A DNA stretch of 64,000 nucleotides from Pocillopora damicornis (lineage: Eukaryota), in assembly GCF_003704095.1 (NCBI RefSeq), contig NW_020845264.1, positions 620,001 through 684,000 of the forward strand. The letters are read 5' to 3'. Below the pieces are notes generated by a model. That model did no database searches. It worked only from the letters and a program-made list of their open reading frames with translations, and was not told where the DNA came from. Shown here piece after piece: positions 63,959-64,000 of the stretch. Positions within the stretch are counted from its first letter, which is position 1. Each line of letters opens with the position of its first letter. The translations under genes and the position numbers were made by a program.

Positions 63959-64000
63959 TGTGCAATAAATACCCCAATCACACCAAAGCTCAAACATGCA

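Overview
AT-rich, intron-containing animal genomic DNA. Gene families and repeat types point to an anthozoan, most likely a stony coral (inference). There are four N-gaps (12221-12320, 16347-16398, 23849-23948, 39286-39385). In order the window holds: two intact and one decayed intronless class A GPCRs; phosphomannomutase (-); alpha-L-fucosidase (-); an SRPBCC-like membrane protein (-) head-to-head with a nuclear receptor (+); a 921-aa disordered RVxF protein (-); EME1 with a candidate N-terminal CUE domain (-); a neuropeptide precursor the ORF track essentially misses (43343-45371, +); three intronless SGNH-hydrolase paralogues; two secreted single-domain Kunitz genes; and a 156-aa orphan with PKI-like pseudosubstrate motifs. 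The best finding is the HIRamide-type precursor, built as one amidated peptide per phase-0 exon. Its one divergent GRFR-amide exon carries an in-frame TAG that could also act as a splice acceptor. All gene models were read by eye from GT-AG sites and frame continuity; no searches were run.
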